A stretch of DNA of 64,000 nt, from the NCBI RefSeq assembly GCF_006345805.1, contig NC_043000.1:54560001-54624000 (forward strand). Direction: 5' to 3'. Of the stretch, positions 56,389 through 64,000 are shown in pieces. A program made the translations under genes and the position numbers. This DNA comes from Octopus sinensis (lineage: Eukaryota). Positions within the stretch are counted from its first letter, which is position 1. Each line of letters starts with the position of its first letter. The notes under the pieces were generated by a model. It saw only the letters and a list, made by a program, of their open reading frames with translations. It was not told where the DNA came from and made no database searches.

Positions 56389-58145
56389 ATAACACACGCA
56401 CACACATACATATATATATATATACATATATATATATAACGTTTCGGCTATCATATTTAACTGCATCCAGTGATGGGGTTTTGTCTCACGTGTTCTAGGT
56501 TTTGAGGGTTTTGAGGAATTTGGAATAACCTCTTAGCCTACTACTGTTCCTAATTCTACTGTTCCTAAACCAAAGTAGCACATCTGTTATGGTCGCAACT
56601 ATGGGTTAACGAGCTTATAAGCGACATGAGTTAGAAACAGTTGGGTTGGTACTGAAGGACACAGTAAACCCACTGATAGTGTGTTATCAGTGCTCTTTTT
56701 TAAGACATCCCTCTAGGAGAAGGATAATACGCTTATAAAACCAAACCCGCTACTCTACAGAGCCTGATATTTTGCACTTTGATTCCCTTTTGGCTCTTGG
56801 TATTGCTAGTGAGGGTCATGACATTGCAGAGCTTTAACTATGTATATGTATATACTTAAATAATTTTAGGGTAAAAATATATTTGTATACTCGGTAAAAC
56901 TCGTGCAATTATTGACTACCAGCTTTCATCATACAGTGGAAATGCTCTTACAACTGTGTATTCATCATGAATTCCATTGTATCCGTAGAGTTTGTATAAC
57001 TAGAAAAACGACAGTAAGGAGACTGAATATTTTCCTGTATTAATTGTTTAGACACATTTTAAAACACGCAGTACATTTTACATTTAAGTCGTAAAATGAA
57101 CCCCAGTCAAGTGATTGTTCAAATAATTCCTTCGTTGGGGTCTAACGTCATTTGTGTAAGCAGTTTACAGACAATTTAGATTCATACATATAATGAGACA
57201 AAATAAAACTATAATCAAATTACAAAATAAAGTAAAGAAATGTACAAAGATATCAAGTTGACTATAAATTACAATCGTATCTTCGTGGGAACTTCAAAGG
57301 AAGAAAGTGCTAAACAGAATAAACAATAAAGGAATAAAATTAAGCATTTAAAGGTAATAAAGTAATAAAGTAATGAAGACTGACTATTCCTGCACTTATC
57401 AACTGTTTTCGTTTGTTCCTTTGAAGGACCTAAATCACATTCTGTCTTTTGTGACAAAACAACTGGCTCAATTCTACACTCCAGTCTGCCTCTATTAAAG
57501 TTAATTTGTTACCGTCTAGTTTTTATAACCTTTGTTAAAACAATAACAGTAATAGATAATAGGTATCTTTACCGCATCTCAGTACGGGATCTTTACATTT
57601 TCATGTATATGTATATTTGCATAGATAGAGTGATAGATAGAGTAAGAGAGTGAGGTAGAAGATTGAAAGAATGAATATGAAGAACTTGCAGGATTACAGG
57701 AAGAGAAAGGAATCTGTTCTTGTGTCACACAGTCTAATGCTTCATGTGAGAATGAGCTGGTGAGTTTGGTTGTCTTCATCATAGCGACAAGTCGCTCCGT
57801 ATCTTGTGTATGAATTTCTGTAGACGGAAAAAAATACAAAATAGAGATAGATTGATTTTACCTGTAACCTGAATGTGCATCCATAGTCAATATGTATTAA
57901 GTTTATTCCGCAGGTGTATTATATTAAGAGTACACTTCACTCTGGAAGAATCAGACACTGACAAGCTAATTCAATAGGCATTGAAATTTTGTATCTCATT
58001 TCAGCAAACAACCGAAAACTGATAGTCTCTCAGATCTCTCTCCCACCCACTCTCTCTCTCCACAAACGCTCACACACTCATAAATATATATATATTTATG
58101 TGTATGTATAGTCATATATATATACATATACATATATCTATCTAT

Positions 58146-58176
<31 letters not shown>

Positions 58177-58192
58177 ATATATGTATATATTT

Positions 58193-58448
58193 TACTAAGC
58201 AATAAGGTTTAGCAACGAGTTGCCTTACCACATACCGAATTTAGAAATAGCAGTCAAAGGGTTATAGCTATTTCTTCTACTAAAAGGGAGATCTCAGTAA
58301 AAACAGCATTTGGAAGGCACGTGCCTTCCAAATGCTGTTTTTACTGAGATCTCCCTTTTTAGTAGAAGAAATAGCTATAACCCTTTGACTGCTATTTCTA
58401 ATTCGGTATGTGGTAAGGCAACTCGTTGCTAACCCTTATTGCTTAGTA
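58193..58448. repeat. 256-bp spacer-less palindrome
   Basis: 128-bp arms centred on gaaggcac|gtgccttc (58320/58321); one mismatch and two single-base indels. Confidence 0.97.
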
Positions 58449-58642
58449 TTACTTAAATTTTCCTCGAATGAGGCTTTTACATGCCGAAGACTACTTGGTG
58501 TATTGATAATTTTCCAATAATTAATTTCACCCTTCATTATTATGTATATTTATATATATAGTATATATATATATAATAGACATATATCTATCTATATACA
58601 TGTATATATATATATTATATATATTATATATATATATATATT

Positions 58643-58745
<103 letters not shown>

Positions 58746-59369
58746 CATGGACGTATACATAATGTGTCTTTGTGACAAGAGAATAAAAATCGACGAGTAT
58801 AATCTTATTGCTTTATGAGAAAAAAGAAGTTGCATTGAAAATTGTGGTTGAACAAATACAGTGTCTATGTAATTTATTTGTACTCTGTTGCCTATGAATG
58901 AAAGGAAGCTATAATCTTAATCGCAGCTTTCCGTATTATTTAATTTTCTTTCGCAAATCCAATGATAAATTATTCAAATTTTTTTATAGTGACTTGTTAA
59001 GTGCCATTATTCTCTTTATTGTATCCTTGGTCTGAGCCAGGTTTCAGGTCGTGTCTCTAATGACTTTTTAAAATGTTTTTATTATAAATAATTTGCATAG
59101 CTTTTGTTTATATACAATTGAATATCCCCTAAATGGAGGCCTACTAGTAGAATATGGTTTTATCAGAATATGCTGACAATATTTTCTAGGCGGAAATCTG
59201 AACCAAGCAAAGTCTTATCAATTTACTAATAATATGTGTTAGGTTATCTGTTACAAATAAGAAAAGAATCATGCAGGCCATCTAACATTTGTTCACGTCA
59301 CGTCAGACAAAAGTAATATAAACACTATGTTAGAATATTAATATTTAGAAATGATTATAAGACGACGAA

Positions 59370-59570
59370 CTGGTAGACTCATTAGCACGCCGGCAAAAAC
59401 GCATAGTATCATTTCATCCGTCTTTACGTTCAAAGTTCAGATTTCACCAAGGTTTGACTTTGCCGTTCATAATTATGGAATCGATAAAATAAGTACCAGA
59501 TGAGAATTGTGGTCGATGCAGTCGACTTACCCCCTCCCGCGAAATGCTGGCCTTGTGCTGATATATGAAA
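59370..59570 (+). mobile_element. Meta-like SINE, degenerate
   Basis: ttagcacgccggc...gacttgccgttcat...cgataaaataagtaccag. Confidence 0.7.
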
Positions 59571-59629
59571 TCAATTTTCACAAAAATCAATAGAGTAAAG
59601 CTAAAAAGTGTCATGAACTAAAATTCACC

Positions 59630-59660
<31 letters not shown>

Positions 59661-59668
59661 TATATATA

Positions 59669-59858
59669 GGGAGAGTTTACAAAAAAAAAAAGCAAAAGAC
59701 GAAGACAGGTGGTGTACGAAACAAACAGATGTATTAGTATAACGCGCAGTAATAGAAAAAGTCTATTACCTTTTCGAGTCTAAGCTCTTCTACAGAAAGG
59801 GACACAGAAAACAAAGAGAGAAACAAGGAGAGAAAAAATGTGTGTAGTGGCTAACGAT
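59669..59858 (-). mobile_element. Solo Penelope pLTR
   Basis: The reverse complement matches the terminal repeat at 47130-47220 (..atctgtttgtt..tacaccacctg.c..tg.aaactctccc). Confidence 0.75.
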
Positions 59859-59950
59859 CTATCATAGCTTCTGCTATATATATATATATATATAATATAT
59901 ATATATATATATACGAGAAAGAAGCAACAAGAATGGATAGGTTTTTAGTA

Positions 59951-59991
<41 letters not shown>

Positions 59992-60018
59992 TGTGTGTGT
60001 GTGTATACATATATATAT

Positions 60019-60062
<44 letters not shown>

Positions 60063-60376
60063 GAGGGAGAAGAGTAACACTTAAGATTGATATAAGATAT
60101 TTTTTGTTTATATTATATCTGAACATGGCAACCTACAGATGAAACACGGTGTATTCAGTGACTGACTCGACGATATTAAAATATTACTCTCCACTATGTT
60201 ACTGGTTACTCTTTTTTCCATTAATCAGCATTAAAAGAGTGTGTATGTGCTTGTGTGTTTGTGTTTGGGTTTGTGTGTGTTTTTGTGCGTGTGTGTGTGT
60301 TTGTGCGCACGCGGTTATATTGAAACAATGTAAGTGAATGTACTGCAATCAGAATTTCCTAGAGTCATATTATCTT

Positions 60377-60689
60377 CTGTGGAGGCGCAATGGCCCAGTG
60401 GTTAGGGCAGCGGACTTGCGGTCGTAGGATCGCGGTTTCGATTCCCATTTCGGGCGTTGTGAGTGTTTATTGAGCGAAAGCACCTAAAGCTCCACGATGC
60501 CCCTGCAGGGGGTGGTAGTGATCCATGCTGCACTCTTTCGTCTCAACTTTCTCTTACTCTTTCTTCTGTTGGCCTGCTCGCTTAGCCAGCGGGCAGGCGT
60601 CATTTGAAGGCTAAAACAATGCGAAGCGCATTGTGACCAGCGATATGTAGCAACATCTGATAGCCTGGTTGATCACGGTGATCACGATA
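60377..60689 (+). mobile_element. Full-length tRNA-derived SINE (octopus OR-type) with 10-bp TSD
   Basis: A box tggcccagtgg, B box gtttcgattcc, (atcacg) tail, TSD atattatctt at 60367-60376 and 60690-60699. The family name is from memory. Confidence 0.8.
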
Positions 60690-61860
60690 ATATTATCTTT
60701 TAGAGAGATTTATCTTAATTACATTCAATAGTCAAAATCATCGTCTCTGTATATACATACACGGGTGTGTACTTGGATATATTAAAACATTTATGTAAGA
60801 GATAATTTCATGGCGATTTTCATAATATATATTTTAGTAGTAACTCATGCACTGATGTATTTGAAACTGCATCTGCCTGGCGTTTCTATAGCTACGATCC
60901 TCACCTCAACTTCTCAGATATTAATACATTCTTGCTCACACCAGTCACTGGGAATCAAGATATATTGGGATCGGTGTCTACAAATATTGATATTTCAAAC
61001 ATCCATAACTGCTTTATATATTGGGAAAAAGTCTTTAAAAGTTAAACAAACTGCGAGGAAATGCAAAAGAATTTCTGAATAATTGCACGCCAGTACTCTG
61101 TCGTTGTTTTGATTTGGACATTCTTTAGAAACACTCCCGTGTTTCGCATATATTTTTTTTTTTTTTGAAACTTTCTTACTCGCCTGATGCATTTAACTAT
61201 GCTTCAGTCATCAGATTCTCCGTTTCCATCGATATTTTCATATGATTTCGAATATACTTTCATCTTTCATCCTTCGTAATTTATTTTCAAGTCCCTTCTT
61301 TGTTTGCTATATTTATATAATTTTGTTTTGATTCTCCTTAGATGTGAACCTTCTGACAGAAAATTTTCTTGAAATCAAATATAATACGTACACGTATGAA
61401 ACGAAAGATATATCTTGATAAAATGTAAGAGACCGAAATACATTTGATTCTTTGATTTGATATTTTGTCTTTTCCCTATCACGAACATACTCTCATGGAA
61501 CACATGCAAGCAATTTGATACCTTATTCATTTTATAAACCTAAGATACTTAACTTATATTTATTTTTGCTTTATTAATAGGGTTTTCATATACGTATATA
61601 TCCTTCTTCTATGTATATAGGCATTTACACAGACACACAGACACCCTGTCTCTCACACACAAACACACACACAAACATACACACACACAAACATACACAC
61701 ACACACAACACTAACACGCAAGTCTTACAAAATATACATTTACAAAATTTACACAGGTTCACTATCAGGGCCACAAATGTATGCACGCACACAAACCAAT
61801 ATGTGTGTGTGTGTATTTTAATATATAACTTATATGTGCGGATATATATGTATATATATA

Positions 61861-61902
<42 letters not shown>

Positions 61903-62466
61903 TATAATATATATTATATAAAAGGGCTTAGTAAAATAAATTACTTTGCCGCATACTGAACTCGTTAGAAATAGCAGCTAAAAAAACTATTTCTAACACT
62001 TAAAGAAAACCTCTCTCATATAGTGCTTGCTCATTCAACCCAAGAAAGTATGAGGGTAGAGACATTAAAAAATCAAATGCAAAGGTTATTTTAGCTGCTA
62101 TTTCTAACGAGTTCAGTATGCGGCAAAGTAATTTATTTTACTAAGCCCTTTTATATAATGTAATAATTTGAATTTGCCTTAAATGGTCCCTTTGCATACT
62201 AATACTTGGTGAAATTGATTAATTAATTAATTAATTTTACCCTCAATTGTTGAAATTATAATCATCTCTCTCTCTACTTAATTGTCTTGGATTTTACCGA
62301 AAAAAGGATAGTTTTTGCTGATTTTAACCCCGCTGGTGGAAGGGGAGAACAGAAATTTTTCTCTTGCATATTTGAGTTAGCTAGCACTGTTAGTCGGGAA
62401 CAGATCTTCAGAAGCGATAACAAGCCGAAAGGGTATGCTCCCATTTTCAGTGTTTTCAAACTCAAA

Positions 62467-62540
62467 CAAGGGCATTCTGAGCTGATGAGAGAAGGGTCGA
62501 ACTTGGCTTCTTTGAAACGTACGTACTCAAATAACCTTTG
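62467..62540 (+). ncRNA. Type I hammerhead ribozyme, copy 1
   Basis: Stem I tgag/ctca plus distal caaggg/cctttg; CTGATGA 62482-62488; stem II gagaag/cttctt; GAAA 62514-62517; palindromic stem III A-cgtacg-T; cleavage after GUA at 62525. Confidence 0.85.
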
Positions 62541-63018
62541 CATTTGATTTTTTAATGTCTCTACCCTCATACTTTCTTGGGTTGAATTGAGCAAGCACTA
62601 TATGAGAGAGGTTTTCTTTAAGTGTTAGAAATAGTTTTTTTTAGCTGCTATTTCTAACGAGTTCAGTATGCGGCAAAGTAATTTATTTTACTAAGCCCTT
62701 TTATATAATGTAATAATTTGAATTTGCCTTAAATGGTCCCTTTGCATACGAATACTTGGTGAAATTGATTAATTAATTAATTAATTTTACCCTCAATTGT
62801 TGAAATTATAATTCATCTCTCTCTACTTAATTGTCTTGGATTTTACCGAAAAAAAGGATAGTGTTTGCTGATTTTAACCCACGCTGGTGGAAAGGGGAGA
62901 ACAGAAATTTTTCTCTTGCATATTTGAGTTAGCTAGCACTGTTAGTTGGGAACAGATCTTCAGAAGCGATAACAAGCCGAAAGGGTATGCTCCCATTTTC
63001 AGTGTTTTCAAACTCAAA

Positions 63019-63093
63019 CAAGGGCATTCTGAGCTGATGAGAGAAGGGTCGAACTTGGCTAATCTTGAAACGTACGTACTCAAATAACCTTTG
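63019..63093 (+). ncRNA. Type I hammerhead ribozyme, copy 2
   Basis: CTGATGA 63034-63040, GAAA 63067-63070, cleavage after 63078; stem II gaga/tctt. Confidence 0.85.
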
Positions 63094-63569
63094 CATTTGA
63101 TTTTTTATGTCTCTACCCTCATACTTTCTGGGTTGAATTGAGCAAGCACTATATGAGAGAGGTTTTCTTTAAGTGTTAGAAATAGTTTTTTTTAGCTGCT
63201 ATTTCTAACGAGTTCAGTATGCGGCAAAGTAATTTATTTTACTAAGCCCTTTTATATAATTAATAATTTGAATTTGCCTTAAATGGTCCCTTTGCATACT
63301 GAATACTTGGTGAAATTGATTAATTAATTAATTAATTTTACCCTCAATTGTTGAAATTATAATTCATCTCTCTCTACTTAATTGTCTTGGATTTTACCGA
63401 AAAAAAGGATAGTGTTTGCTGATTTTAACCCACGCTGGTGGAAAGGGGAGAACAGAAATTTTTCTCTTGCATATTTGAGTTAGCTAGCACTGTTAGTTGG
63501 GAACAGATCTTCAGAAGCGATAACAAGCCGAAAGGTTATGCTCCCATTTTCAGTGTTTTCAAACTCAAA

Positions 63570-63644
63570 CAAGGGCATTCTGAGCTGATGAGAGAAGGGT
63601 CGAACTTGGCTAATCTTGAAACGTACGTACTCAAATAACCTTTG
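63570..63644 (+). ncRNA. Type I hammerhead ribozyme, copy 3
   Basis: CTGATGA 63585-63591, GAAA 63618-63621, cleavage after 63629. Confidence 0.85.
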
Positions 63645-64000
63645 CATTTGATTTTTTAATGTCTCTACCCCCATACTTTCTTGGGTTGAATTGAGCAAGC
63701 ACTATATGAGAGAGGTTTTCTTTAAGGTTAGAAAATAGTTTTTTTTAGCTGCTATTTCTAACGAGTTCAGTATGCGGCAAAGTAATTTATTTTACTAAGC
63801 CCTTTTATATAATGTAATAATTTGAATTTGCCTTAAATGGTCCCTTTGCATACTGAATACTTGGTGAAATTGATTAATTAATTAATTAATTTTACCCTCA
63901 ATTGTTGAAATTATAATTCATCTCTCTCTACTTAATTGTCTTGGATTTTACCGAAAAAAAAAAGGATAGTGTTTGCTGATTTTAACCCACGCTGGTGGAA

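Larger units (their letters stand above)
61913..64000 (+). mobile_element. Hammerhead-containing ~551-bp tandem array (retrozyme / PLE pLTR-like) with a 179-bp 5' inversion; runs off the window end
   Basis: Units start at 62091, 62641, 63192 and 63745 (ttagctgcta); 61913-62091 is the reverse complement of 62529-62709. Confidence 0.9.

Noticed and set aside
57690-57816. Minus-strand exon candidate with a strong acceptor (DTERLVAMMKT, like mGluR QRVEAM)
   Set aside because: Weak donor; splicing it to the 53034 exon would create TGA; the motif overlaps the region already assigned to that exon. Unresolved rather than excluded.
62345-62415. Second, antisense hammerhead in the array unit (CTGAAGA...GAAA-aatttc)
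   Set aside because: Stem I cannot pair and stem II is only 3 bp with a U-A closing pair; probably chance.
62274-63698. Repeated 66-106-aa ORFs in the array as proteins
   Set aside because: Their starts, ends and frames differ between near-identical copies, and they show no known domain.
62091-64000. CRISPR array or rDNA interpretation of the tandem repeat
   Set aside because: There are no unique spacers and no rRNA motifs; whole units are repeated.

Overview
AT-rich animal genomic DNA, saturated with (TA)n/(CA)n/(GATA)n/(TAA)n microsatellites and decayed transposons. The SINE repertoire and repeat load look like a coleoid cephalopod (Octopus-like); this is an inference. Almost every ORF in the track is microsatellite noise or a transposon remnant. 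Recognisable elements: five Dong/R4-clade RLE LINE fragments (most of them against (TAA)n arrays), RTE LINE fragments, Penelope-like elements (PLEs), six mariner remnants, several tRNA-derived SINE families, a Helitron and several MITE/foldback elements. Two signals are not shown by the ORF track. (1) 61.9-64 kb is a ~551-bp tandem array with a complete type I hammerhead ribozyme in each unit, i.e. a retrozyme-like element. Its 5' inverted segment ends 3 nt from the predicted self-cleavage site. (2) A heavily disabled class C (mGluR/CaSR-like) GPCR lies on the minus strand in three exons between ~39.1 and 53.0 kb. Indel differences between repeat copies suggest residual long-read errors, so some frameshifts may be artefacts. 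All alignments were done by eye and no database searches were run.
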